The position numbers and the translations under genes were made by a program. Source: a bacterium (GTDB lineage: Bacteria; SAR324; NAC60-12). From it: a stretch of DNA of 64,000 bases. Where the stretch lies: contig CBDBHR010000010.1 of NCBI GenBank assembly GCA_965205865.1, positions 32,001 through 96,000 on the forward strand, given 5' to 3'. Shown piece after piece: positions 1-11,165 of this stretch (positions are counted from its first letter, which is position 1; every line of letters starts with the position of its first letter). The notes beneath the pieces were generated by a model. It worked only from the letters and a program-made list of their open reading frames with translations. It ran no database searches and was not told the origin of the DNA.

Positions 1-1
1 T

Positions 2-988
2 ATGCTGTTCGAGATAAGTAGAACTTTTATGAACCAAGACGAGTTCGCTGACCGGTTTTACCAGGATCTGTTGGATGTGATGGATGTCAGGGAGCTTGGC
101 AAAACGTATGTGTTCATAAGCGCTGTTGGTGAGCATAATCCCGGTTCCTGTAGAAGTGAGGATTTCTCCCAATATCGCGCCATCGATAGTGCTGTCCAGC
201 CAATGACAGCGTTCCACACCTCGTTCACACGCTTCAATGAGAGCTTGCAACTGCAAACGGGGTTCACATGTCAAAAAGGTTGCCTGCCGGAGCCATTGCC
301 GCATGGCTTCGGGTTTTGTTTCTCGAAGCGCATAAATTTCCTCAAAAGGGAAATTATCCCGGTGTTCCAGAATGATTAACTTACGTGCCCGCAAACGCGC
401 AGCCACTTCCAAGGCGATCTGATTGGCTTCCAAAATCAGCAAGCGTCCATTTTCTCCAATTGCGAATGGTGCGATGATTGGAAGATAATGATGAGCGAAA
501 GCCTCTTGCAAAGATTTAACATGAATGTCCTGCACTTTTCCAGTGCAGTGCGATGCGGAATCTTGAGAAAATGAGACTTTTTCTGCCCGCACGAAATGCC
601 CGGAATATGGGAAAATATCGCGTCCATAACGGCTCAGTTTCGTAATCAGCTTCCAGTTGGTGCTGGCAATGGCTTGCTGGACAATGGGTAGGGATTCCAA
701 GGGAACTCTAATCCGCCCTTCTACAATTTTCTCGTTATGTCCGTGAATTTGAAGGATCTCCCCGATCTGAGCATTGGCACCGTGCACAATGATGATCTTG
801 ATGCCTATGCGATACAACAGGATCATATCATCCATAATACCGGACAAATTCTTCTGCCGGAGTGTGTTTCCACTGATTTTGACGACGAAAGTTTCGTTAT
901 GAAATTCTTCTAAGTAGGGCAGAGCCCCTCGCAACCCATGAATGAAGTCTCTGAATTGTGACGCATCGGAGTCGGATTTTGCAGACAT
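2..988 (-). CDS. argA: Amino-acid N-acetyltransferase (N-acetylglutamate synthase), 3' end outside window
   Basis: Absent from the ORF track because it has no stop in the window. Manual translation of both ends (same frame) gives MSAKSDSDASQFRDFIHGLRGALPYLEEFHNETFVVKISG...ACERGVERCHWLDSTIDGAILGEILTSTGTGIMLTNSAYEHIRFAKLPDIHHI, matching the ArgA kinase-like domain and its GNAT junction. Confidence 0.85.
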   Translation of the reverse strand, partial: MSAKSDSDASQFRDFIHGLRGALPYLEEFHNETFVVKISGNTLRQKNLSGIMDDMILLYRIGIKIIIVHGANAQIGEILQIHGHNEKIVEGRIRVPLESLPIVQQAIASTNWKLITKLSRYGRDIFPYSGHFVRAEKVSFSQDSASHCTGKVQDIHVKSLQEAFAHHYLPIIAPFAIGENGRLLILEANQIALEVAARLRARKLIILEHRDNFPFEEIYALRETKPEAMRQWLRQATFLTCEPRLQLQALIEACERGVERCHWLDSTIDGAILGEILTSTGTGIMLTNSAYEHIRFAKLPDIHHIQQILVKPVSELVLVHKSSTYLEQH

Positions 989-1402
989 GATTCATTTCAA
1001 GGATTGATGTGAATGTAAGAGTATACAGATTTTTGCGTCATTTCCATGTCCTGATATCCCAAGTTTTCAAGGATTTGCTGTGGGTGGGGTGTTACAAAAT
1101 GACACCCTGCAACCAACTCGTGGAAAATGGCGACAGAGGGCGTCATTCTTCGAGCAACCCGACAATTCGTAAAGTGTTTTGCTGCTATTATAGCAAACAT
1201 CGTATCTCTTTTCGAGAAGTTACAAAGTTAGTCTTTTGTTTGAGCTGGGTTTCCGGAAAACTTTTTATCAGAATTGAAATAATCTCACAAACCATGTATT
1301 TTTTATATTATCGAGTCATTTCCTGTAGACGGACTGGCTTGCTGTTATGCCTTTTTTTCAAGAAACGTCGTATTCCCAATATTGTTGACTGAACATCCAT
1401 CT

Positions 1403-2263
1403 ATGTTATCAAAATTCACAACCTATAAAATTTCAAGAAAATCATTGCATAAATTCAAAAAGCAAGGATTCAGCGAAGAGAGTCTCAACACCCTGGCTGC
1501 GCTTGAAGAAAAATATTTTCCTTCCATGGAACAATTCCTACTCTATTTGGAAAAGCTGCCCAACAACGTGGAAATCCTGGAACGGAAAAACATGATCCTC
1601 AAACACACACGCAGCTATTTCCGTATGGATGGATGGATCACCCACAAATCAATTCGTGAATGGGTAGAAGCCTTGATATTTGCGGTAGTGGTGGCCATGA
1701 TTGTCCGCACTTTTCTCTTTGCTCCCTTTCGTATTCCATCCGGATCGATGATCCCTACCATTCAAATTGGGGATCAAATCTTTGCCACGATGTTTAGTTA
1801 TGGGATTCCGATTCCATTTACCGATATCAAATTACTGCGCCAACCGATCCAACGGGGAGACATTTTGATCTTCCCCTCCCCGCCGAACCCTTCCATTGAT
1901 TTTATCAAGAGAACGATTGCTCTGGAAGGAGAAGTGATTGAAATCCGCAATGACGAAGTCTACATCAATGATAAATTGTTACCGGAACCCTATGCTTTTT
2001 TCGACCCTGACAGTCGATCCGCCTCCCGCTTGCGGAATGTGAGCAACTTCGGGCCAATTACCGTGCCCAAAGGGCATATTCTGGCAATGGGAGACAACCG
2101 CTATAACAGTCATGATGGGCGTTTTTGGGGTTTTGTGAATATTAAGAAGGTCAAAGGAAAAGGTCAGCTGGTTTATTGGTCCAAGGACCACCGTAAAGGT
2201 CTGTTAGGTTTTTTCGATTTACAATCCTATCGTGTGAATCGTATTTTACATTTCTTGGAGTGA
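1403..2263 (+). CDS. lepB: Signal peptidase I with an extra N-terminal ~65-aa module
   Basis: [15 protein letters not shown] segment, IPSGSMIPT (catalytic Ser), DFIKR (catalytic Lys), [15 protein letters not shown]. Alternative TTG start at 1382. Confidence 0.95.
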   Translation: MLSKFTTYKISRKSLHKFKKQGFSEESLNTLAALEEKYFPSMEQFLLYLEKLPNNVEILERKNMILKHTRSYFRMDGWITHKSIREWVEALIFAVVVAMIVRTFLFAPFRIPSGSMIPTIQIGDQIFATMFSYGIPIPFTDIKLLRQPIQRGDILIFPSPPNPSIDFIKRTIALEGEVIEIRNDEVYINDKLLPEPYAFFDPDSRSASRLRNVSNFGPITVPKGHILAMGDNRYNSHDGRFWGFVNIKKVKGKGQLVYWSKDHRKGLLGFFDLQSYRVNRILHFLE

Positions 2264-2312
2264 ACTCCTTTGCCAAAGGCCTCAATTCGGTTGGTTCCAC
2301 ATCGATGAAATT

Positions 2313-3182
2313 ATGAAAAATATTGCGCGCAATGATCCTTGTCCCTGCGGGAGCGGGAAAAAATATAAAAAATGTCATCTCAAATTTGACCGCAAGAACC
2401 AACAGTGGGGCAAAAGCAACCGGTCTGGGATTATCGTCAAAAACCCGGAACAGGTGGTGGGGATTCGTCAAAGTTGTCAGCTGACCAGCAAAATTCTGGA
2501 TTTGCTGGAAGAGCAGATCCACCCGGGTATGACAACGAATGATATCAATGAGTGGGTTCATAATTACACCATTACGCATGGAGCTTATCCTGCACCCTTG
2601 AATTATCGTGGGTTTCCTAAAAGTGTTTGCACGTCACTCAACGATGTCATTTGTCATGGCATTCCCGACACAACCGTCATCCGTGATGGGGATATTTTAA
2701 ATGTAGATGTGACCTGTATCCTCAACGGTTATTATGGCGATTCGAATCGCATGTTTTGCATTGGGGAGGTGTCGGATGAGGCCAGCGCGTTGATTCGTAT
2801 TTCCAAAGAATGCCTGGAGTTGGGCATCGAGGAGGTCAAGCCCTTCAACACGATAGGGGATATCGGACATGTCATTCAACAGCATGCGGAACAGCATGGT
2901 TTTTCAGTGGTACGGGATTTTTGCGGACATGGCGTTGGCATCGAATTTCATGAAGATCCTCAAGTTCCCCACTATGGTGATCCTAAAAGCGGTCCCGTGT
3001 TGGTACCCAATATGGTTTTCACAATCGAGCCGATGATCAATATAGGGCGCTACGAAAGCCGGATTTTGGCGGACCGATGGACTGCGGTTACCCTCGATGG
3101 TTCCCTCTCCGCCCAATGGGAGCACACAGTCCTTGTCACGCAATCCGGTGTGGAGGTTCTAACGGCATCCTCATCGAATTGA
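2313..3182 (+). CDS. map: Methionine aminopeptidase type I with N-terminal SEC-C zinc motif
   Basis: [57 protein letters not shown]. Confidence 0.95.
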   Translation: MKNIARNDPCPCGSGKKYKKCHLKFDRKNQQWGKSNRSGIIVKNPEQVVGIRQSCQLTSKILDLLEEQIHPGMTTNDINEWVHNYTITHGAYPAPLNYRGFPKSVCTSLNDVICHGIPDTTVIRDGDILNVDVTCILNGYYGDSNRMFCIGEVSDEASALIRISKECLELGIEEVKPFNTIGDIGHVIQQHAEQHGFSVVRDFCGHGVGIEFHEDPQVPHYGDPKSGPVLVPNMVFTIEPMINIGRYESRILADRWTAVTLDGSLSAQWEHTVLVTQSGVEVLTASSSN

Positions 3183-3264
3183 GATTTTTCCATGCCCTTT
3201 GCTATTGGCAATTCTACTCTGCCGCTTAGACAAACTGCTACATCACCCTTGGTTAAAGCAATAA

Positions 3265-3675
3265 ATGAAACAGAAAATTGTAAGCTGCGTTCTCATTTTG
3301 ACCTTTTTATTAGTAGCATTCGTGCTTAACGTCGCAGAAAAATCTGCCAGTCTCATAACCATTTCGGCATTGGAATCGGCTGCATTGATTGAGAAGAACA
3401 AAAACAATCCCGATTTCATAATTTTGGATGTGCGCACTGCCGAAGAATACGACGCGGTCCGTCTTATTGATGCAGAGATGTTGGATTTCCATTCTGCAAC
3501 CTTTACCGACGCGTTGAAGGAGTTGGATAAGGAAAAAACCTATCTCATTTACTGCCGGAGCAGGGTCCGTAGTAAAAAAATTCTCAGACTGATGGAAGAA
3601 ATGGGGTTTGAAATGGGTTACCATATGTTGGGAGGAATTTTGGCATGGCAAGCAGAGAATTTTCCGACCATCTGA
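3265..3675 (+). CDS. Rhodanese-like domain protein with N-terminal signal/TM segment
   Basis: ILDVRTAEEY, YLIYCRS, LGGILAW. Confidence 0.85.
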   Translation: MKQKIVSCVLILTFLLVAFVLNVAEKSASLITISALESAALIEKNKNNPDFIILDVRTAEEYDAVRLIDAEMLDFHSATFTDALKELDKEKTYLIYCRSRVRSKKILRLMEEMGFEMGYHMLGGILAWQAENFPTI

Positions 3676-3713
3676 AAATTGACGAGAGCAGTTCTATTCT
3701 AAGACAAATGGAG

Positions 3714-4163
3714 CTAAGGTCGTTTGGAAGCAATTTTGATTTTGCGAATGATTGACTGATGCAAGACAAGCACGGGCGGTCCTTGCGGGCGTCCCCAAAT
3801 CCAGGTGGCCAGGATCAATCCACCAAAAATCGTGTAACCCATACTGAAGACCCAGGGTTCTGCCTGGTAGAAGACGGTTTTGTGCAGCCAATAGGCAACG
3901 AAACTCCCGGAATAGGAAATCTTATCTGCCATCCCGCGTAGCTCATGTTCCCAGATCGTCAAAGGGCAAATAATACCCATCCAACTCTGGATGACGACAA
4001 TGCCGATTGCCAGTAAATGCGCGAGCCTGAACCAGAAACTACGTACCCAACGCCATTGTCTCAGCAAGCCCATCACAATCAATATCAGTCCAAACACCAC
4101 AAATGCAATGAAGCTCGTGTGAAGAATCAAAACAAAATCAGCAAGCAAAGAGTATGGATTCAT
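3714..4163 (-). CDS. DUF2784-like membrane protein
   Basis: LADFVLILH...FVVFG, LAHL, ICPLTIWE motif. Confidence 0.8.
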   Translation of the reverse strand: MNPYSLLADFVLILHTSFIAFVVFGLILIVMGLLRQWRWVRSFWFRLAHLLAIGIVVIQSWMGIICPLTIWEHELRGMADKISYSGSFVAYWLHKTVFYQAEPWVFSMGYTIFGGLILATWIWGRPQGPPVLVLHQSIIRKIKIASKRP

Positions 4164-4215
4164 CTTGATTGGTCACTGTTTGAAAAAAGAACACTTCCCC
4201 CACATTTTCTATGCT

Positions 4216-5364
4216 TCAGGGGACGATTTGGTAAATGTTTCCCATCAACCCCACCACATAGACTTCTCCAGCTTCATCTTCTCCGAAACTGGAAATATTG
4301 ATGTTTGTATTTATCAATAGACTCAGGTCCAGCAGGCGACCATTTATTTGGGTCAATCCCCAGATTTTGCCTGATCCAAAATCCCCGTAAAGGTAGTTGC
4401 CCTGCAAAGATGGGATCGCCATCCCACGGTAGACGAAACCGCCTGTGACCGAGTAGCCTTCGCTGTGGTCATATTCAACTAAGGGACGCTGCAACCCCCT
4501 CTGGGAGCAACCGAATGACGGTGCATAGCAATGATCGCCTTCCATGATATTCCATCCGTAGTTTTTCCCTTTTTCAATCAGATTGATCTCTTCATAACGA
4601 TTTTGTCCCACATCGCCCGCATAAAGTTCACCGGTCAAACGATCGAAGCTGAAACGCCAGGGATTTCGCAGCCCATAAGCCCAAATCTCAGGAAGGATAT
4701 TTTGAAGGCCCACGAAGGGATTATCTTTAGGGACGGCATAAGCGGTTTTACCGCTTTCACGGTTGATATCGATACGTAGAATGGCTCCATGCAGAGTTCT
4801 TAAATTCTGCCCATTGCCCAAAGGATCTCCGCCTGCGCCGCCATCTCCCATGCCAATGTACAAGTAGCCATCGGGACCGAAGGCAAGTTGACCTCCATTG
4901 TGATTGCTGTATGGCTGTTCAATCTCAAGAATGCGAACTTCACTGTCTGCCATCGCCTGGTTCGGATTTTGGGAAAGCGCACGAAATTTGGAAATGACGG
5001 TACGCCGGGGCAGTCCGACTGTATAATTGACAAAGAAAATGCCATTTTGCAAGTATTGTGGATGAAATGCCAGGGAAAGCAAGCCTTCCTCATTTCCCCA
5101 GCTGAGGACTCGTTTGCGGATATCCAAAAAAACATGGGAGACCGTCCGTCCTGTGGCGGGGTCTCGGTCAATGACCTGAATCCTCCCTTCCTGCTCCACC
5201 AAGAAGATCCGGCCGCTTCCATCCCAGGAGGCCGTTAGGTGAACAGGGCGATCTAACTCCACAGTTTGAAATACCTGCTTCAAACCCAGGGCCCATGGAC
5301 CAGGATAAAAGCTGCAAGAGATGGAGAACCCCACCAATATGATTCCCTGAACGATGATTTTCAT
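4216..5364 (-). CDS. PQQ-dependent glucose/sorbosone dehydrogenase family protein
   Basis: EEGLLSLAFHP, NHNGGQLAFGPDGYLYIGMGDGG, YGLRNPWRFSFD. Confidence 0.92.
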   Translation of the reverse strand: MKIIVQGIILVGFSISCSFYPGPWALGLKQVFQTVELDRPVHLTASWDGSGRIFLVEQEGRIQVIDRDPATGRTVSHVFLDIRKRVLSWGNEEGLLSLAFHPQYLQNGIFFVNYTVGLPRRTVISKFRALSQNPNQAMADSEVRILEIEQPYSNHNGGQLAFGPDGYLYIGMGDGGAGGDPLGNGQNLRTLHGAILRIDINRESGKTAYAVPKDNPFVGLQNILPEIWAYGLRNPWRFSFDRLTGELYAGDVGQNRYEEINLIEKGKNYGWNIMEGDHCYAPSFGCSQRGLQRPLVEYDHSEGYSVTGGFVYRGMAIPSLQGNYLYGDFGSGKIWGLTQINGRLLDLSLLINTNINISSFGEDEAGEVYVVGLMGNIYQIVP

Positions 5365-5664
5365 ACCACTTTCATTGCAAAGGTGACCAGGAATTTTCCT
5401 ATCATACCATTTCTCACTTCAAATACCATCAATTCCCAACCCTTTTCTCCATAAAAACAGCCTTGCCCACACAAAGCGGATTCTAATCTTCGCAATGTTT
5501 TTTCCCCTTAAGGCGAATCTATGGTGCCTTAACGAAAACCTCATCCTCTTCATTTTTTTCTGGAATCGACAAATCTTACACGATAATATCGATTGATCAC
5601 ATCATCACGGATCAAAAGTAAAAACCCGCGATAATCTCGTGAAGAAAAAGACAGAAAGTAAATA

Positions 5665-6039
5665 ATGCCACAAGCAGCAAAGGAGATTTGGGTTACAATA
5701 GGCAGCGCGGACGAAATCAATATCGACCAAATCAAGGCTGTTCAAGTTGGACCGGTACGAATCATTCTCGTACGAACAGAAACAGGTTATTTTGCCCTGG
5801 ACAGCCTCTGTCCTCACCAAGGAGTGCCTTTGAAAGACGGCACCGTCTGCAAGGGCGACAGAATTCGTTGTGTCTGGCATGGCTATTTGTTTGATCTGAA
5901 TACTGGTAAAGGACATGGCAATGAGTACGAAGTGGAGACCTTCCAAATTCGAGAAAGTTATGGCACCATTGAAGTATTGTTGCCAAAGCAAATGCGCAGG
6001 TGGGACTCTCTGTTAAGTGGTTGCAAAGCCCTTCTCTGA
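5665..6039 (+). CDS. Rieske [2Fe-2S] ferredoxin
   Basis: CPHQG...CVWHG ligands, FDLNTG. Confidence 0.88.
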   Translation: MPQAAKEIWVTIGSADEINIDQIKAVQVGPVRIILVRTETGYFALDSLCPHQGVPLKDGTVCKGDRIRCVWHGYLFDLNTGKGHGNEYEVETFQIRESYGTIEVLLPKQMRRWDSLLSGCKALL

Positions 6040-6053
6040 ACGATATCGAGACT

Positions 6054-6653
6054 ATGAACTCGCAGAATCCGGACAGAACTCGCTGGAACAAAAAATATTC
6101 TCGGAAAGGGATGGAAAGCTGGGAATCTCGTCCTTCAGACTGGTTGCGAAGCCATCATTCTCTTTTGAATGCGCAAAGGCGAGGAGCAGCGTTGGATGTG
6201 GCCTGTGGCAATGGGCGCAATTCATTTTTTTTGGCTGCCATGGGCTTTGAAGTGGATGCTGCCGACATTTCGGATGTGGCAGTCGTTTGGTTGCAGCAGC
6301 AAGTTGCTCAAAAGGTTGTGTCCATCCAACCCATTCAGATGGATTTTGAAAACAATCTCCTTGCCAAGGAAAAATATCAAGTAATCCTTTGTTTCAATTA
6401 CCTGGAGCGTGGTCTTTTCCCTGTCCTGCAAGACGCATTGCAGGCTGGAGGACTTTTGTTTTTTGAGACTGCCTATCGTGACGACATCACCATCTTGGGT
6501 AGCAGCATGAATCCACGGTATGTGTTGGATTACAATGAATTGCTGCGGGAATTTTCGGATCTGCGTATTCTTGAATATCAAGAAAAAATCGTTTATGTTG
6601 CGGAGCTTACTAAAAAGAAAGCCTTGGCCAGTATAGTGGCTCGCAAAATTTAA
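6054..6653 (+). CDS. Class I SAM-dependent methyltransferase (TehB-like)
   Basis: [27 protein letters not shown]. Confidence 0.88.
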   Translation: MNSQNPDRTRWNKKYSRKGMESWESRPSDWLRSHHSLLNAQRRGAALDVACGNGRNSFFLAAMGFEVDAADISDVAVVWLQQQVAQKVVSIQPIQMDFENNLLAKEKYQVILCFNYLERGLFPVLQDALQAGGLLFFETAYRDDITILGSSMNPRYVLDYNELLREFSDLRILEYQEKIVYVAELTKKKALASIVARKI

Positions 6654-6673
6654 TCGACTGCGAGGAGAGCGAA

Positions 6674-7405
6674 ATGCCATTCCCCCACCCATTGAGACGC
6701 GCCACAAGGCTTGGTTGGATTCTGATATTCGCTTTTACAGGCTTGTGGGGAAATCCATTATGGAGCCAGGAGTGGCAGTCTGCGCGTCAGGAGATGGTAC
6801 GGGTTCAACTCGAGAACCGGGGCATTCAGGATCCTGCTGTCCTACAAACCATGCGGGAAGTACCCCGACATTTATTTGTTCCGAAAGAACTCGAATTCGT
6901 GGCCTATTCAGACCGTCCTTTACCAATAGGTTCAGGACAGACGATCAGCCAACCCTATGTGGTGGCCTTGATGACAGAATTGCTCGATCTGCGCCCAGGG
7001 ATGAAAGTTTTGGAAATCGGCACGGGATCAGCGTATCAAGCAGCAGTCCTTGCGACCTTGAATATGGAAGTCTATTCAATTGAGATCATTCCGGAATTGG
7101 CCAGAGGAGCGATAGCTCGCTTACAAAGCCTGCAATTTCCGGTTTCCGTCAAAAATGCAGACGGTTATTACGGCTGGTCGGAGCATGCCCCTTTCGACCG
7201 TATCATCATCACCGCCGCCGCCAATCATGTACCCCGCCCCCTCCTCAACCAATTGAAACCGGGCGGAAAACTCGTGCTTCCCCTGGGACCGACCCTGTTT
7301 TATCAAACATTGACGATTGTCACTGTGGATGAAGACGGTCAAACCTCGGTTGAATATTCCATCGATGTCCGCTTTGTTCCCATGACTGGCAAAGTCCGGG
7401 AATGA
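6674..7405 (+). CDS. pcm: Protein-L-isoaspartate O-methyltransferase
   Basis: [45 protein letters not shown]. Confidence 0.95.
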   Translation: MPFPHPLRRATRLGWILIFAFTGLWGNPLWSQEWQSARQEMVRVQLENRGIQDPAVLQTMREVPRHLFVPKELEFVAYSDRPLPIGSGQTISQPYVVALMTELLDLRPGMKVLEIGTGSAYQAAVLATLNMEVYSIEIIPELARGAIARLQSLQFPVSVKNADGYYGWSEHAPFDRIIITAAANHVPRPLLNQLKPGGKLVLPLGPTLFYQTLTIVTVDEDGQTSVEYSIDVRFVPMTGKVRE

Positions 7406-7410
7406 GCCCC

Positions 7411-9771
7411 TCATCCATTCAGGCGAAATGCTGACAGCCAGGCAACTGTATAACAGAGAGTAGCTGCAAGGAACAGTGAGGAGAGTCCGGCGAATTGGGC
7501 CAGTAACAATGCTCCGATGGGACCAATCACTGAAGCGCAGCCATTGAGGCACCATGCCACGGCAATACGATTTTTCGTGATTTCCGAATCGGGATCCCGA
7601 GCTGAAATGGCAACCACCCCACGGGGGAAAGGAATGCCCATCAAAATCCCCAACCCTCCCACCGCTATTACAGCAACTGCCAGGCGTACGGGGAAATCAC
7701 TACCAGCCAAGACGGACAAAAATTCAGAAAATCCAAAAAAATACGCCACCAGGATTACAAGCAGGAGCCCTTGACCTTGGTTGAGCCGCCGCACAGGCAG
7801 ATAGCGACTGACGAAGGATCCAATTCCGGATGTCAGTAAGAGGGTACTCAGCACCAGAGCCAAGGAATAGACCGGTTCTCCGAGAAACAAAATCAGTTTC
7901 TCAAACAAAGCGATTTCCACTCCCATAAACCCCAAGCCAATCCAAAAGAAATAGGACATCTTCCAGCTAAACAACGATTTTGTTTGACGATGCGCCAGGA
8001 ATGGCAACAACAGCAATACCAGTACGATGAGGAGAACTTGTAGCAGCAGAAGAGGCAACAACAGTCCTCCCTCTACCAGACCTTCCCATTTGCGTCCAAG
8101 GATTTCGTAGGTGTCGCTCAATCGGTCCCATCGCAGGAAATGAAAAAAGAAGGGCTTGTCATCGCTCACCGGAGTCAGATCGAACAAACTTTGTTCATGA
8201 AATGCGCGAGCATCCTGTAGCAATTGCCGCACGGCGTCTGCGTAAATCGGTATTGCAAAACGGTTGATCCGGTTGGCGTCTTCCTTTTTCATGTCGGGGT
8301 AGTAAACTGGAGTGTATCCACGCTGCTCACAGAATTGCACGAACAGTTTTTTATCCCTGTCTGACCATTTCCGGGCGGATCCCACAATCATCAGGGTGGA
8401 GATGGTACGAAAAATTCCCAGTTGCCGGCTGGGTTGCCAGTTCAGTTCTTTCATGGCGGCAATCAAAGTGGCGATCCAACGGAGTTCTCCCCTTGGAGGA
8501 GGCAATAAATAGCGATGCACGCCAAACCACCCTTCCGCTGTCAAACGCTGAAGCAGAGTCATGTTACCTTCCACGGTTTCCAGGGAGCTTTCCTGCAAGG
8601 CGTGCATTCCTGTGGAACCCGTAGGCAGGGCCCCTTCCAAGGAAACCAAAATACGATCATAGTGTTCTTCCGTGCGGGAAAGCAGCGTCCGTGTTTTTTC
8701 AGCAACAATGGTTATATGAGATAGATTGTTTTGCTCGCTCAACCAGCGGGCAATCAATTGGTTTTCGGTTTGTACGACGATTTGCGGTACTTTGGCGTTG
8801 ACCGCAGACAGCACTTCCTGGCCGCCAATCACCTGGAGGATCAACACATTTCCGGGAACCGGCGGAAGCTTATAAATCAGCCAAGAAGGCAGGTTTTGGG
8901 CATAATCCAAATGATCCACCTCCCACGAGCTGAAGGCCGTCAGTCCGTCTCCGTCAATGGTGATGCCGATTTGCGGAGGCAAGGATTCCCGGTAATTGAG
9001 ACTCAATCCGGGAGCGGTGCGGACTAAGGGACTTTGCAGCCAATCCACTCGTGATGCCGCATCCCATGTCGTTTGCAAAAGGCGGCTATTGGATAATTTC
9101 AGTGCATGAGGGAGACTCTTATAGGGACTCATCTTCCACTCCGGCAAACCAACGAAATGCCAATATCCCAGTAATCCTCCTGCCAGGCAGACCAGAAGTG
9201 CCCGTTGGGACCATTTGGACATCAGGCAACCGGTTGCCAATCCGCCAATCAAAGCAGTGAAAGCCAGCCACTCCATTTCAAGCCAGTAAGGTGCAATGAG
9301 AAAAAAACAGGCACAGCCGGCGCCTGCTCCAATGAGATCGCAACCATACAAGGAAAAAGTCTTCTGGGGGTATCTTCGCAGCAATAGATTGATCGTCAAT
9401 CCGCTGAAGAAAAAAGGGACTGCCAACAGCAGGAAGAGCACATACAAATATCCCCACTGCCAGGCGGCAAGCGTGAGCAGCACCGGATCAAAAGGAACTT
9501 GCTGAAAGAGCGCAAACAAGGGAAGAATCGTGACTGCAAAGAAAAGGGACGGCCAGGCAGGGTGGGAAGGCCTCTTGAAGAGGAGCGAATAAGTTCCGGA
9601 AAACGCATATCCCAACAAGGCGCAGCTGATGATCAAGAACGCAAAGTGATACCAAAACCGGATGGCCAGCAGCCTCGACAAGCCGATTTCAAACATCAGG
9701 GCGGCAAATGTCTGAAAAAAAATGCCGACGCCAATGCGGAGGGGCATCTTCATTGTTCGCGTTATTGACAA
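7411..9771 (-). CDS. Multi-pass membrane protein with spermidine-synthase-like central domain
   Basis: N- and C-terminal TM bundles (FEIGLSRLL, LYGCDLIGAG, GLGFMGVE, GIPFP, AWCLNGCASV) and a PVSDDKPFFF motif. Confidence 0.75.
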   Translation of the reverse strand: MSITRTMKMPLRIGVGIFFQTFAALMFEIGLSRLLAIRFWYHFAFLIISCALLGYAFSGTYSLLFKRPSHPAWPSLFFAVTILPLFALFQQVPFDPVLLTLAAWQWGYLYVLFLLLAVPFFFSGLTINLLLRRYPQKTFSLYGCDLIGAGAGCACFFLIAPYWLEMEWLAFTALIGGLATGCLMSKWSQRALLVCLAGGLLGYWHFVGLPEWKMSPYKSLPHALKLSNSRLLQTTWDAASRVDWLQSPLVRTAPGLSLNYRESLPPQIGITIDGDGLTAFSSWEVDHLDYAQNLPSWLIYKLPPVPGNVLILQVIGGQEVLSAVNAKVPQIVVQTENQLIARWLSEQNNLSHITIVAEKTRTLLSRTEEHYDRILVSLEGALPTGSTGMHALQESSLETVEGNMTLLQRLTAEGWFGVHRYLLPPPRGELRWIATLIAAMKELNWQPSRQLGIFRTISTLMIVGSARKWSDRDKKLFVQFCEQRGYTPVYYPDMKKEDANRINRFAIPIYADAVRQLLQDARAFHEQSLFDLTPVSDDKPFFFHFLRWDRLSDTYEILGRKWEGLVEGGLLLPLLLLQVLLIVLVLLLLPFLAHRQTKSLFSWKMSYFFWIGLGFMGVEIALFEKLILFLGEPVYSLALVLSTLLLTSGIGSFVSRYLPVRRLNQGQGLLLVILVAYFFGFSEFLSVLAGSDFPVRLAVAVIAVGGLGILMGIPFPRGVVAISARDPDSEITKNRIAVAWCLNGCASVIGPIGALLLAQFAGLSSLFLAATLCYTVAWLSAFRLNG

Positions 9772-10157
9772 TCTATAGACTTCTCGAAAATTTTCTTATC
9801 AGGAAAATAGGAGTCCGCCCCTCATCGCCAGGACCGGGACTGTCCTTCCATTTAATTGTTTGCCGGGAGGCTACAGTTGCGTGATTGGGTTATTTTTGTT
9901 TTACTAAAACAGCATCAATTTATATAGTACCTAAATCCTGCAATTAGATGACAATCAAACATGGAAATGGTAATATACTCAAATAGTTAACACCAGAATC
10001 AACATTTTAAGAGTAAATCAAATCAAAACTATCAAAGAAGTATGGAATCGTTCCCACGTTTTATGTAAGATTTTGTCGGTGGTCGGCATGCCGATTCGAC
10101 CGCTACGCGGTGGCAAGGGACGCAAAACGACGGACGAGGAGTCAGAGGAGAAAAAAC

Positions 10158-11000
10158 ATGCGCGCAACCTATATTTCAACCGCAGATCTGGCCCCCCATC
10201 TCCAGGACCCGGATTGGGTCGTGATCGACTGTCGATTCGTACTCGATGACAAGGAACAGGGACGGCGGGACTACCACAAAGGACACATTCCTCAAGCGCT
10301 ATATGCGCATCTGGAAGAAGACCTGTCGGCTCCTGTGGTTCCACAAAAAACCGGACGGCACCCTTTACCGGATCCTTTTGATTTTTCACGAATTTGTTCA
10401 TACTGGGGAATTGATGGCAAAGTCCAGGTCGTGGTTTATGACGACGCGATCGGTGCCTTTGCTGCCCGCCTGTGGTGGATGCTACGTTGGCTGGGTCATC
10501 ATCAGGTTGCCGTATTGGATGGAGGATGGCAGCAATGGCAGAAAGAGAATCGCCCGGTTTCCGATGATGTTCCCAGTCGGACACCACGGTCTTTTTTGCC
10601 CCTGTTGCGCTCCTGCTTGCATTTGAATGCGAATCAAGTCCTGAAATTACTGGAGGATCCCGATTACAGGCTATTGGATGCCCGTGGAGCGGATCGCTAT
10701 CGTGGAGAAAATGAAACCATCGATCCGGTGGCAGGACACATTCCCCATGCCCTTAGCGCTCCTTATATGGAAAATGCAAGCCCCGACGGCAGGGTTTTGC
10801 TTCCGGCTGCCCTGCAAAAACGCTTTCTTGCCATGTTGGGTCACGTGAAGTCTGAGCAAACTGTTTGTTATTGTGGTTCCGGAGTGACGGCATGCCACAA
10901 TCTTTTGGCCATGGCACACGCAGGTTTGGGAGATGGAAAATTATATGCCGGTTCCTGGAGTGATTGGATCACGGATCCCAAGCGTCCCATTGCCTGTTAA
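10158..11000 (+). CDS. sseA: Thiosulfate/3-mercaptopyruvate sulfurtransferase (tandem rhodanese)
   Basis: GHIPQA, GRHPLP, LDGGW, CYCGSGVTAC, LYAGSWSDW; GAGGAG RBS before ATG 10158. Confidence 0.92.
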   Translation: MRATYISTADLAPHLQDPDWVVIDCRFVLDDKEQGRRDYHKGHIPQALYAHLEEDLSAPVVPQKTGRHPLPDPFDFSRICSYWGIDGKVQVVVYDDAIGAFAARLWWMLRWLGHHQVAVLDGGWQQWQKENRPVSDDVPSRTPRSFLPLLRSCLHLNANQVLKLLEDPDYRLLDARGADRYRGENETIDPVAGHIPHALSAPYMENASPDGRVLLPAALQKRFLAMLGHVKSEQTVCYCGSGVTACHNLLAMAHAGLGDGKLYAGSWSDWITDPKRPIAC

Positions 11001-11165
11001 AATCCGCAAAAATTGGACTTGTCTTTTTTTCATGCTAAACTACCGACATATTATGAATCGTGGTGTTGACGAAACACGGCACTTGGAGCAAATCGCCGGT
11101 TCACGGCAGTAATTCAACCATCACTGGAAAACACCAGCAGTAAGTCATTTAGAAAAGATAGATTC

